From assembly GCA_965215885.1 (NCBI GenBank), contig CBDCEW010000097.1:32001-96000 (forward strand): a DNA stretch of 64,000 nt, read 5' to 3'. A program made the position numbers and the translations under genes. A model generated the notes under the pieces. That model saw only the letters and a program-made list of their open reading frames with translations. It did no database searches and was not told where the DNA came from. This DNA is from Candidatus Moanibacter sp. (GTDB taxonomy: Bacteria > Verrucomicrobiota > Verrucomicrobiia > Opitutales > UBA2987). Shown one piece after another: positions 41,648-51,164 of the stretch (its first letter is position 1; the number at the start of each line of letters is the position of its first letter).

Positions 41648-41983
41648 TCATACCGACACCAGGAAAAATCCGGCCATGATCGTACCCAATACTGCAGTTC
41701 CGTAACAGGCGAACGCAAGTATGCCAGCCAAATTTTTTAAACCCAAATCGGCAAGCGCATACCTGAAGCGGTGTGCCCAGTGAAAGAAAGACAACGAAAT
41801 CAGCACGAACAGGCACACCCGTGTAAACGAATGTGCGATCAGCTGGCGCAAGCCCTCCGCCTCAATCCAACCCGCCGGGACAACAATGCTGGTCAGGACG
41901 ATGGTAACCGGAATCAAGAATGCAGTGACGACGCCTCCAGCTGAAAAGAGCGACCACAATATCGGTTCGTTGGATCTGGCCAT
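41648..41983 (-). CDS. frdD: Fumarate reductase subunit D
   Basis: RSNEPILWSLFSAGG and FFHWAHR. Confidence 0.92.
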   Translation of the reverse strand: MARSNEPILWSLFSAGGVVTAFLIPVTIVLTSIVVPAGWIEAEGLRQLIAHSFTRVCLFVLISLSFFHWAHRFRYALADLGLKNLAGILAFACYGTAVLGTIMAGFFLVSV

Positions 41984-41988
41984 GTCTT

Positions 41989-42366
41989 TTACCTATGAAG
42001 AAACGCGATCCACATAATGACGATTGAGACACCTGCCCATATGACGTAGTTGGCGCCGGCAATCAGGAGCGGGCTGACCCGTTCCTCACCCCGCCAGAGA
42101 ACCATCACTTTCGGCGTCAAGTTTATCCATGTGATGCTGTGATACAAGACCATCGGTAGCGCAATGATCTGCAGGGCGATCAGCAGCGGAGAGTGTAACA
42201 ATGCGGCGAACGCCTGGGGATCGTCATGCCGCATCGCCAGCATCAGCAGGAAAAGCGCGTAGCCGCCGACAAACACGCATGTCAGTTCACGGACCATGAA
42301 CAGAAAATACGTCTTCTTCTTCAACCACCAGTTGGCTGGCATGGACTGAGTGTACTCCTTGCTCAT
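41989..42366 (-). CDS. frdC: Fumarate reductase subunit C
   Basis: Y..SM.ANWW.K...FMVRELT and HSITWINLTPK. Confidence 0.9.
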   Translation of the reverse strand: MSKEYTQSMPANWWLKKKTYFLFMVRELTCVFVGGYALFLLMLAMRHDDPQAFAALLHSPLLIALQIIALPMVLYHSITWINLTPKVMVLWRGEERVSPLLIAGANYVIWAGVSIVIMWIAFLHR

Positions 42367-42368
42367 CT

Positions 42369-43136
42369 TCACTTCTTTCCCCATGGCACCAACATTGACC
42401 GGAACCAATCCTTTGTTGCAGCGACCTTTGCTTGCTGGATCGCTCCGGCCGGATCCACGTCCTTTGGGCATACTCGCGTGCAATCGTCCACGAATGTGCA
42501 TTTCCAGATTCCTTCATGACCGAAGATCACCTCCGCCCGCTCGTCCGCGGCGCCGTCACGTGAGTCAAGGTTGTAGCGCTGAGCGAGGGCAATGGCTGCC
42601 GGTCCGATGAATTCCGAATCATGGCCGAACACGGGACAAGCAGAATAGCAAAGCATGCAGTTGATGCACATACTGAACTGTTTGTAGTGGGCCAATTCGG
42701 CCGGTGTTTGCAGATATTCTCCTTCAGAAACGGGCTTTTCCTCCTTTGGCACCAACCACGCCTTAACCTCCTCGAGCTTGCCCATGAAGTCGTCCATGTT
42801 GATCACGAGATCGCGGATGACGGGAAAATGACTCAGAGGCTCGACTCGAATCGGGTTGGGATAGTAGTCGCTCAGGAATGCTGCGCAGGTTAGCTTCGGT
42901 TCGCCGTTGACCATCATCCCACAACTGCCGCACACGCCCATCCGGCAGGACCAGCGGTAGCTGAGCGTGCCGTCGAGCTCGTCCTTAATGTAATTCAATG
43001 CGTCCAGAACGACCCAATCAGCGCGGTAGGGGACCGCGTAACGCTGGAAGGTGGCTTCCTCTTCCTGATCCGGCCGATAACGAAAGACTTCCAACTCGAT
43101 CATGGGCTTAGTCTGGTTCGTCTTACTTGCTTCCAT
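42369..43136 (-). CDS. frdB: Fumarate reductase Fe-S subunit
   Basis: [23 protein letters not shown] and [12 protein letters not shown]. Confidence 0.94.
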   Translation of the reverse strand: MEASKTNQTKPMIELEVFRYRPDQEEEATFQRYAVPYRADWVVLDALNYIKDELDGTLSYRWSCRMGVCGSCGMMVNGEPKLTCAAFLSDYYPNPIRVEPLSHFPVIRDLVINMDDFMGKLEEVKAWLVPKEEKPVSEGEYLQTPAELAHYKQFSMCINCMLCYSACPVFGHDSEFIGPAAIALAQRYNLDSRDGAADERAEVIFGHEGIWKCTFVDDCTRVCPKDVDPAGAIQQAKVAATKDWFRSMLVPWGKK

Positions 43137-44883
43137 AGACTCGTTCTCCAGGCGGCCAACGGGTGATGACCACTTCCTGATATTCGATGCGTGGGTCGCC
43201 CTCAGTCCGATAGGCGAGCGAATGTTTCAGGAACCGCTCGTCGTCACGCTCGGGGTAATCAGTGCGCTGGTGGGAACCGCGAGACTCGGTGCGCGCCAGA
43301 GCGCTGTGAGCCAGCGCCTCCGCCACGTCTAACATAGTTTCCAGCTCCAGGGCCATGGTCAGTTCCGTATTGAAGGTCAGGCTGTGATCCGCCAGCTCGA
43401 TCTGGTGGAACCGTTTCTTCAGCTCTCGAATCTTATCACAGTTGGCCCGCAATGATTCCTCGCTTCGGTAGATACCCGCCCCGCTTTCCATAGCATCAGT
43501 CAGTTCCCCGCGCAGCCCGGCAATCGATTCTTTACCACGCCCGGGTTGGAAGAATTCTTGTCGAATTCGCCGCTGTTCTTCTTCCGCCTGGGCGGTGATC
43601 TCTTGTTTGGCAATATTGCCAGCCTGCACGCCAAAGCGAACGGCCGCCCGAGCCGCCCGTGCACCGAACACTAACAGTTCAGTGAGCGAATTCGAACCCA
43701 GGCGATTGGCCCCGTTGATGCTCACGCACGCGCATTCGCCAGCCGCAAACAATCCCGGCAGCAGCGTTTCACCTTCAATGTTCGTGTCTACGCCGCCCAT
43801 CAAGTAGTGAACCACCGGCCGCACCGGAATGAGTTCGTTCACGGGATCAATGCCCACGTAATTCCGACACAACTCGCGCACAAACGGCACTTTCTTGTCG
43901 ATATTCTTTTCGCCCATGTGCCTGATGTCCAGGTGCACGTAATCGCCGAACTCTCCCGGGATTGTGCCCCCCTTTTGCCGTTCCTTCTCAAAGGCCTGTG
44001 ACAATCGGTCCCGTGGTCCCAGCTCCATCGACAGTTTCAGCGGGTGTTTCGGATCCTGGACATCCAGCGGTTGGCCTAAATCGTAATCCTGCAGGTAGCG
44101 GTAACCGTCTTTGTTGATCAAGATACCACCTTCGCCTCGCGAAGCCTCAGTGATCAGTATTCCCGTACCCGGCAGACCGGTGGGATGATACTGCACGAAT
44201 TCCATATCCTTCAATGGAACGCCAACCCGATAGGCCAAAGCCATTCCGTCACCGGTTTTGATTCCCGCGTTGGTAGTGAAAGGAAAGATCCGCCCCGCTC
44301 CCCCCGTGCAGAGGATTGTCCCTTTCCCGGCGATAGCCCGGATTTGGCCAGTGCGCAACTCCAGTGCCGCAACCCCCTGACACCATCCGTCGTGAACCAG
44401 CAGCTTGGTGGCAAACCATTCGTCGTAGCGCGTGACGTTGTTATACTTTAAGAGCGTCTGAAACAGCGCGTGAAGCATGTGAAACCCAGTCTTGTCGGCG
44501 GCAAACCAGGTTCGTTCGATCTTCATGCCGCCGAAGGGCCGCACCGCTACCGTTCCATCAGGATCGCGACTCCAGGGACAGCCCCAGTGTTCCAGTTGGA
44601 CCATTTCTCGAGGAGCCTCGTTGACGAACACCTCTACAGCGTCCTGGTCAGCCAGCCAATCCGAGCCCGAAATCGTGTCGTAGATGTGGTCCTCGAGGCT
44701 GTCGTTTGGCTTGATGACCGCGGCGGCCCCACCTTCAGCGGCCACCGTGTGTGAGCGCATCGGATATACTTTTGAAACGACACCTACACTTAGATTCGGG
44801 TTTTCCTCCCCGATCGCGATGGCCGCGCGCAAACCGGCCCCTCCGCCACCCACAATCAATATATCGTGGCTTAGCAATTCCAC
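43123..44883 (-). CDS. frdA: Fumarate reductase flavoprotein
   Basis: [16 protein letters not shown] (covalent FAD His), [14 protein letters not shown] and [10 protein letters not shown]. Confidence 0.95.
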   Translation of the reverse strand: MELLSHDILIVGGGGAGLRAAIAIGEENPNLSVGVVSKVYPMRSHTVAAEGGAAAVIKPNDSLEDHIYDTISGSDWLADQDAVEVFVNEAPREMVQLEHWGCPWSRDPDGTVAVRPFGGMKIERTWFAADKTGFHMLHALFQTLLKYNNVTRYDEWFATKLLVHDGWCQGVAALELRTGQIRAIAGKGTILCTGGAGRIFPFTTNAGIKTGDGMALAYRVGVPLKDMEFVQYHPTGLPGTGILITEASRGEGGILINKDGYRYLQDYDLGQPLDVQDPKHPLKLSMELGPRDRLSQAFEKERQKGGTIPGEFGDYVHLDIRHMGEKNIDKKVPFVRELCRNYVGIDPVNELIPVRPVVHYLMGGVDTNIEGETLLPGLFAAGECACVSINGANRLGSNSLTELLVFGARAARAAVRFGVQAGNIAKQEITAQAEEEQRRIRQEFFQPGRGKESIAGLRGELTDAMESGAGIYRSEESLRANCDKIRELKKRFHQIELADHSLTFNTELTMALELETMLDVAEALAHSALARTESRGSHQRTDYPERDDERFLKHSLAYRTEGDPRIEYQEVVITRWPPGERVYGSK

Positions 44884-44989
44884 CGCTGGGGTCTACCTCG
44901 AGATTTCATTCTTATGAAATGGCCTCACTCCGCATTGCATGATCGCAGATACATTTCCTAGAAAGCACGGCCGGATGACGATTTCAAGA

Positions 44990-45142
44990 TCCATCTTCGG
45001 CAGGAAATCAATGAAGCCGACGACGATCAGAGCACAATGCTCCCTGACTGGGCGAAGATACCCGCTCAATGGGAGAAATCCGCTGTCGAATCCCAACGCG
45101 AGGCGGAGCTTCGCGTCCAGGTCCCCCCACGTTCTTCTCCAT
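44990..45142 (-). pseudogene. Possible frameshifted DUF2892/YgaP-like small membrane protein
   Basis: MEKNVGG then, after a frameshift at a G-run, LDAKLRLALG. The 3' end is uncertain. Confidence 0.4.
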
Positions 45143-45358
45143 GCGATTCGCCCTCGCTTGTCGGCCCTGGCCATAACGTTTAGTATATAGGTAGACTGAA
45201 CGCACTACCCATTAGGTTCATTGAACAAAATACTGAATTATCAGTGGGAACAGGATAATCTCTTGGTACCAGCAATCAGGTGTTTAACCCGTTAGGATGC
45301 ACCTCATTTTATAGCTGCGTTTATGCTGCCTAATGCGAAGATTTAGTGCAATCTAATC

Positions 45359-45457
45359 TTTTAATCGCTTCGGGTTTAATTCCCCGAAGCTTGCTTCGTT
45401 TCTAATTCATAAAGTCTAATATCAAATGCCTCGGGGCTTGCCCCGAGGATCTTTACT
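45359..45457. repeat. 99-bp two-hairpin element, copy 2 (inverted relative to 1266-1364)
   Basis: Exact reverse complement of copy 1. Confidence 0.9.
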
Positions 45458-45499
45458 GAACGCAGAGTCGATTTACGACGCATCCCGCCTCGCTATCGC

Positions 45500-45792
45500 G
45501 AAATTGCTGAGCAGTGGGACTCGAGGATCAGATCGGCTCCATCGAAGAGGGAAAACGCGCCGACATCATCCTCATCGGCCGAATCGGTTTGCACAATCAA
45601 CCCATGGTTGAGTGCAACCCGTATGTTCAGCTCGTCTACCAACACCGCTCCAGCGATGTGGATACCGTCATTGTCGATGGGAGCGTAGTCTACAGCTTTG
45701 GTGAACTATCAAAATTGGACACCGAAGAGGTGCGAATCCAGGTGAACAAATCCATCGAGCGTGTGCTTAAACGGGCGAATTTACGCGGGTAA
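45500..45792 (+). pseudogene. C-terminal fragment of an amidohydrolase
   Basis: GLEDQIGSIEEGKRADII...LVY....DVDTVIVDG; no upstream body. Confidence 0.75.
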
Positions 45793-45948
45793 CCCGTGGT
45801 CGATCCTCCGTTTATCAGGAATCGGCTGATCCGACCGTAGGACCGCGCTCTGCCGTAGGGCAGAGAGCGTGGCTTGCCGAAACCCGCTTTTCAAAGCCAT
45901 TCTGGAAGTTCGCCGCAACCGTCACCAGGGTGCTTGCAAGGACAGCCA

Positions 45949-47187
45949 TCATCTCACAAGTCTGGTCCGGCGCTTTGTATACTTCCGGATCACGCCTTCA
46001 TCGAGTTTGACGGGCTCCTCTTTCATACAATCGACAATGCCACGCTTACTCATTTCCAGATAGGGGCTCACAATATCGGATTCCAGGTAATTCTGGGGCG
46101 GGCTAAGATCATGGATCGTGGTCGAGGGAAGGCGACTGGCATAACGCAAGCTCGCCCTCCGTCCGACCCCGGTTTCGAACATACCTCCAATCCAGGCAGG
46201 GAGTTTCCTCGCAGCGCAATAATCCATAATTGCCAAAGTCTCCAACATACCGCCGACTCTGCCTGGTTTTATATTCACTTCGTCAACAGCGCCCAAAAGG
46301 TGCGCTGTATTCAGATCACCTAAACCGCTAATACTCTCGTCAAGGCAGATCCTAATAGAGGGGTATCTTTCTTTCAGAGCGACGCACCAATCCAAACAGT
46401 CAGAGGGAAACGGCTGTTCGACGACGATCGGACGTAAGGCGGCGAGCTCCTTGAGGATATGCCCGTCACTTTCACGCAGCGAACCGTTGGCATCGAAACC
46501 GAGAGGAGCATCAGGATAGGCTTCGCGCAGTTCCATTAGAATATTGATATCCGTTCTGTTCGCGAGTTTCAGTTTTATCCTGCGGCAACCAGCAGCGACC
46601 GCTTCTCCAACTTGAGAAATTGCCGCCCCCCGATCCGTGAACTCACTGAGGACAACTCCCACGGAGACTTCCTCTACACGTCTAACAGGCCAACAATCGA
46701 GTGGATCATCCCCTCCCCTACGCCGGATCAGGTCGCATAGCGAATCGAAGAGCGCCCCAATAGCGAACCTCCAGCCTCTTATCTCGTTAAAAACCTGAAT
46801 GATTTGGCCTACTGAACTTCGTTGAGGTAATCTGGGAAACAGTTGGTCTTCGATCAGCACGACCGCGCCTCTCAAGTATTCGGACGTGTAGCTTGGCTCC
46901 TCCCAGCAGGCACACTCCGCAATTCCCCAATTGTCTTCGACGTCATTCCAGCGGATCAGTAGTGTTCGCCTCTCATTGCTATTCGATATAGCGGAACGGT
47001 GTGCCTCCCGACGAGGAATACTGAGCTCACGAATCTCGAGGGATTTGAGGGAGACTTCCCTTGCGAGGAATTCCTCTAAGAAACCAACGAAAACCTCATC
47101 CCGACATTTCAAAAGGCTTTCCAAAGCCCTCGTGGATGATCGTTTATCCATTGCCTTCAAGAATGATCGGAAAACCCACCCTCGCAA
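45949..47187 (-). CDS. OSBS/N-acylamino-acid racemase-like enolase-superfamily protein (start uncertain)
   Basis: KLK, DANG, EQPF, LDES, NIKPGRVGG and WIGGMFETG. Confidence 0.82.
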   Translation of the reverse strand: MRGWVFRSFLKAMDKRSSTRALESLLKCRDEVFVGFLEEFLAREVSLKSLEIRELSIPRREAHRSAISNSNERRTLLIRWNDVEDNWGIAECACWEEPSYTSEYLRGAVVLIEDQLFPRLPQRSSVGQIIQVFNEIRGWRFAIGALFDSLCDLIRRRGGDDPLDCWPVRRVEEVSVGVVLSEFTDRGAAISQVGEAVAAGCRRIKLKLANRTDINILMELREAYPDAPLGFDANGSLRESDGHILKELAALRPIVVEQPFPSDCLDWCVALKERYPSIRICLDESISGLGDLNTAHLLGAVDEVNIKPGRVGGMLETLAIMDYCAARKLPAWIGGMFETGVGRRASLRYASRLPSTTIHDLSPPQNYLESDIVSPYLEMSKRGIVDCMKEEPVKLDEGVIRKYTKRRTRLVR

Positions 47188-47319
47188 GCTGTACCGCGAT
47201 GGAAGTTTCAGTCAGCAACGAATGAATGGAGAGCAACGAATAGGAAGAGGGTTCCCCAAGGGATACGACAGGACTTCGACGAGACAGTCGAGTCGCTCGC
47301 CGCAAGTGGATTAGGAAAG

Positions 47320-47387
47320 AGCATCGAACGCTGAACGTCCAACATCGAAGTAAAGAACTTCGGCGTTCGATGTTCGATCTTCAATTC
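47320..47387. repeat. Inverted heptamer arrays (AACATCG / CGATGTT type)
   Basis: agcatcg aacgctg aacgtcc aacatcg ... tcggcgt tcgatgt tcgatct. Confidence 0.7.
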
Positions 47388-47407
47388 TTTGTCCTACGAG
47401 TTTGGCT

Positions 47408-48307
47408 TTAGGTATCCAGCGCCTCTTTCGCCGCCGCCTCCATGATGTCCGCCGGCACCGCGCCCTGACTCCATATCTCAAGCGCCCGCGCTCCCTGCCA
47501 AACAAGCATCGATAAACCGTTAGCCGCTCTCAACCCACGGTCTAAAGCCGTGCGAACGAGCGACGTCTCGTCCTGATGGTAAACCATATCGAAAACCTTT
47601 AGATCCTTGCCAATTTTCCCGAGTGCAATGGGTGCCGGATCTCCACTCTTGAGTCCCAGGGAGGTCGAGTTGATCAGTATTCCCTTGAATTCGAGCGTGT
47701 CCTGCGGGCTCTGCAGGTCGAAACCGCAAATTTCTGAAACACCATATTGCTCTTTCAGATCCCTCAGTAAATCGTTCAATCTATCCTGGCTGCGATTTCC
47801 AATTTTCAGCGAGCGACAACCGCTTTCCAAACACTGAACGGCCGCGGCGCGAGCGGCGCCGCCTGCCCCTAAGAGAATCACCTCCGAATCTTTGAGATCG
47901 ACATCCAGATCGCACTTCATAGCCCGCTCCAATCCGAATCCGTCTGTGTTGGTGCCCCAATATCCGTTCTCCTTCCATACCAGGGTATTCGCGGCGCCGA
48001 TCCTTCTGGCGGCGTCGTCGACCTCATTTACAAGACCCAGAATATCAACCTTATGAGGGAGCGTAAGATTGAGCCCCACAAATCGCTTTTTGTGAAAGAG
48101 AGCCGCTGCTTCCGCCAGCCGTTCCGGCGGGACCTCGAACCGAAAATACTCCCAGTTCCGAAAACGGCTATCCCTTTCAGCCATCTTTCGAAGAGCGGCA
48201 TTGTGCATCTGCGGACTGATGGAGTGCCCGATGGGATGACCGATAACCGCCAGTGAAGTCCCCGCGAAAGCCCACTTCTCCAGGTCGGCCAAATCGTAGG
48301 TAGCCAT
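47408..48307 (-). CDS. aroE: Shikimate dehydrogenase
   Basis: GHPIGHSISPQMHN, NLTLPHK, AANT, NTDG, GAGGAARA, NSTSLG and GLSMLVWQG. Confidence 0.95.
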   Translation of the reverse strand: MATYDLADLEKWAFAGTSLAVIGHPIGHSISPQMHNAALRKMAERDSRFRNWEYFRFEVPPERLAEAAALFHKKRFVGLNLTLPHKVDILGLVNEVDDAARRIGAANTLVWKENGYWGTNTDGFGLERAMKCDLDVDLKDSEVILLGAGGAARAAAVQCLESGCRSLKIGNRSQDRLNDLLRDLKEQYGVSEICGFDLQSPQDTLEFKGILINSTSLGLKSGDPAPIALGKIGKDLKVFDMVYHQDETSLVRTALDRGLRAANGLSMLVWQGARALEIWSQGAVPADIMEAAAKEALDT

Positions 48308-48771
48308 TGAATCGGATAGCCTGGAAATTCCTTGAAGATTCTTTTTGAAGAAAATGAAACTGAATTATGGGTCCAAATGACTCACTTTACCCGTTTCAAA
48401 TAATCAACCGGCAAGGAAAGCGAATGCTTTTCTCTGTCACCGTAGCATATTGGTCCTGATTTTCGCACCTTAAGCGCTCTTGAGGTTTTCTTCCACCAAG
48501 ATTCAGTTTCATTTTCTTGTTTCTAGTCCCGCTGAGCGGGATCGGAATGAAGCCGACTAACTCTTCTGAAAAAGGCATAAAGTCCGGCAGGCTGCTAGGG
48601 GTTTGCGTGCCGTTGGTAGTTCCGATCGAACTGGTCGAGTGCTGTCGGCAATGAGAACCCGTTCAAAGCTCCTCATGCAATTTGGAACAGCTCTGCCCAC
48701 AGGCCCAAATTCGTCTGCGTGCTCCAAACAGGTTCAACTTAAGATTCAGGCCTATTAAGGTATACTGGTGG

Positions 48772-49641
48772 TTAAGATCCCTCAAACAGTCGTGCGTGGG
48801 AAAGATCGCTGCTTAAGGTATACTGGTGGTTAAGATTCATACAACATCTGCACAGCACCTCACCAACTGGAGTGGGTGCCAGATGGCAAGTCCGCGGCTT
48901 GATATTGTTCTTCGAAAGTACCTCTTTCAGTTCGTCAGCCGTCCGGAATCCGCCGCGCGCAAACGCATCAATATAAAAGGGAGTTTTTTCGAGGAAACAG
49001 CCAACCATAAAATGGCGCGGCATGGCAACCGGTTCGAGAACCAGCTCGCAGCGCTGGCCCACAAGAATATACAGTATTGATAGTGTTATCGGTATCCCCT
49101 TGCGCCGCTTCAGTAGCTGGGACAGGAAGCTATTCAGCGGATCGTAATAGTTCTCCGTATTTCCGCGAAAATCCCACTCATGGAAAATCACCCTATTGAG
49201 CACTTTGCATTTTTCCCAGGGCGAACTGGGTAAGACCATGAGTTCCCGGCATCGAGCTGCAATAGCATCAAGTGTCATACAACACTCAGATGGATCGATA
49301 TCCGGATAAACGGTGCGGTCTAATAAGAGACACCCGGTTTCGAGTTCGTAATTCAAAGAGCGAATGAATTGGACAAATCGCTTTATGGTATCGGGCCCTT
49401 CAATCTCCTCCAGATAATCCCTTGCGTGCGAGGCGAGGATGCGATTTCCGCTTCTGCCAAGTTTTTTCAGGAATTCAACCCCCAGACCCTCCAAGCGCTT
49501 TAGTTCGTCCCGTATTGCCGCCTGCACAACCGGTGAATCGTCATCCAACAATCCGATTATCGCTCTTTCTCTCTGTGCGCTGAGGATTCTTTCCGCCACA
49601 AGATTCATTGAAGCTATTTTAATGCCTTGGGCAATCCTCAA
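48772..49641 (-). CDS. SirB1/transglutaminase-like protein; C-terminus cut by a local duplication
   Basis: F.GNTENYYDPLNS.L..LL.RRKGIPITLS and MPRHF. Ends at a copy of its own 24-nt segment. Confidence 0.82.
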   Translation of the reverse strand: MRIAQGIKIASMNLVAERILSAQRERAIIGLLDDDSPVVQAAIRDELKRLEGLGVEFLKKLGRSGNRILASHARDYLEEIEGPDTIKRFVQFIRSLNYELETGCLLLDRTVYPDIDPSECCMTLDAIAARCRELMVLPSSPWEKCKVLNRVIFHEWDFRGNTENYYDPLNSFLSQLLKRRKGIPITLSILYILVGQRCELVLEPVAMPRHFMVGCFLEKTPFYIDAFARGGFRTADELKEVLSKNNIKPRTCHLAPTPVGEVLCRCCMNLNHQYTLSSDLSHARLFEGS

Positions 49642-49682
49642 TTCGAATATTTATGAAGACTCTCCGTCCCGGCGGGCCGGAG

Positions 49683-49755
49683 GACGTGTCTAGCGTGCCT
49701 TTGATTGCTGGCTGCCCCGGTCTTGTGCCGGGGTGGCGCGCGTTCCCTGCTATAA
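49683..49755. repeat. Solo left arm of the 29469 element (REP-like hairpin)
   Basis: ggctgccccggtcttgtgccggggtggcgcgcg, with flanks similar to 29470-29545. Confidence 0.78.
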
Positions 49756-49775
49756 ACCGTGTGCCTCTACCAAGA

Positions 49776-50474
49776 TCAACCCGGCCTCGCTCCGAAAAGC
49801 GCTGTTCCTACCCGCAGGCAGGTGCTACCCGCCTTAACCGCCTCCTCCACATCACCGGTCATACCCATCGATAACTGCGGGAGCAGCACCTGGTATTTGC
49901 TCGCAAGACTGTCTCGCAGCTCTCGCAGACGTCGGAAAGCTGCCGCCGCTACACTTGAATCTTCGTCTAAAGGTGCGATCGTCATAAAACCCTCCACTCG
50001 CAAGTGTGTGAAACATAGAGCGGCCTTAAGAAGATCGGGCGCTTCTTCGCAGCTAACGCCCTGTTTCTTTGGATCATCGCCCGCATTTACTTGAAGCAAT
50101 ATTGGTAGAACCTTACCATCCTCGCCACAGTAACGGTCCAGGGTCCGCAAGAGTTTGATACGATCGACGGACTGAATACGGTCGAACAGAGAAACCGCCA
50201 TTCGTGCCTTATTCGACTGCAGATATCCGATCATCTCCCACCGAATCGCGGCGTCGCATTCCTTCTTCTTCGCATACGCTTCCTGCACCCGGTTCTCCCC
50301 AATACTCTTTAGTCCGTATCTCGAGGCAAACTCAACAGCCTGAGCGGAATGAGCCTTAGTAACGGCCAGCAGTTCAACCTCGTCAGGATCTCGGCCACAG
50401 GATCGACAAACATGGGCAACTCGAGCTTTAAGCGCGTTTGCCCTTTCTGCGAATTTGCTGTAGCTGAGTTTCAT
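49776..50474 (-). CDS. yggS: PLP homeostasis protein YggS/PROSC
   Basis: LLAVTK, GENRVQE, IGYLQSNK, QSVD, GFMT, LSMGMTGD and RVGTALFG. Confidence 0.93.
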   Translation of the reverse strand: MKLSYSKFAERANALKARVAHVCRSCGRDPDEVELLAVTKAHSAQAVEFASRYGLKSIGENRVQEAYAKKKECDAAIRWEMIGYLQSNKARMAVSLFDRIQSVDRIKLLRTLDRYCGEDGKVLPILLQVNAGDDPKKQGVSCEEAPDLLKAALCFTHLRVEGFMTIAPLDEDSSVAAAAFRRLRELRDSLASKYQVLLPQLSMGMTGDVEEAVKAGSTCLRVGTALFGARPG

Positions 50475-50635
50475 AACCGGTGCGTTATTAAACTCTTCAG
50501 ATGCGTTGGGAAAGAATTTCCGAGAGGCCGTTAGGAAGACCGGCCCCAAGCCCAGCGAATCTGAAGTCGGATCATGGCGAAAATGTGATACACGTCTTGC
50601 AAATTCGCTTTCCCCTTTCTATATTCTAATTTCCA

Positions 50636-51043
50636 ATGGCGGATTGTCTACGTAATTCGATCGCGGTTACCTTGATCACGGCTTTTAGCTACCCTCTTTG
50701 TTGCTGTCTAGGACAATCCACTATTCAGACTGTTTCTCAAAGCGAAGTGGAAGAGGGTTCTTCCCACCCCTGTTGCGATTTCCCGATTGAGGATCCTGGA
50801 AAAGACGACCAGAGTCCCGAAACGTGTCCCCATAATGACGCGGATCCTCTTTATTCGATCTCGAAAAAATCGGATGAGATTGCGAAACCCGCGCTTTCCA
50901 CAATGACGCATCGGACATTTCGCGAGGCATCTAGGCTTGTCGAATTACCGGTCTCTCTCCAAGCAAAATATAGCCGGCGAAGAGACCAATTGCGAACACC
51001 GAACCTGTCGTTTCAACAGGTATACTGTGTCTACATAATTTGA
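50636..51043 (+). CDS. Cys-rich exported leader-like protein upstream of the cus operon
   Basis: Signal-like N-terminus with CCC, then HPCC, CPH and a C-terminal VYCVYII. Confidence 0.65.
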   Translation: MADCLRNSIAVTLITAFSYPLCCCLGQSTIQTVSQSEVEEGSSHPCCDFPIEDPGKDDQSPETCPHNDADPLYSISKKSDEIAKPALSTMTHRTFREASRLVELPVSLQAKYSRRRDQLRTPNLSFQQVYCVYII

Positions 51044-51065
51044 GGCGACAACGGTCTCCCCTCAG

Positions 51066-51130
51066 TAGCAGCTTGTCGGACTTAAGCCCTTCCTCAGTAG
51101 GTTTACTCGGTTTTCGTCCGACAGGCCGTA
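51066..51130. repeat. Small CTGTCGGAC-family inverted-repeat element
   Basis: tagcagcttgtcggactt ... gtccgacaggccgta. Confidence 0.6.
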
Positions 51131-51164
51131 TTTACCAATCCTCAATCATCAGCGAAGAAGACCA

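Noticed and set aside
48755..48836. Mini-CRISPR (24-bp repeats, 34-bp spacer)
   Set aside because: Only two units, one of which is in-frame coding sequence of the SirB1-like gene, and no cas genes nearby. Better explained as a local duplication.
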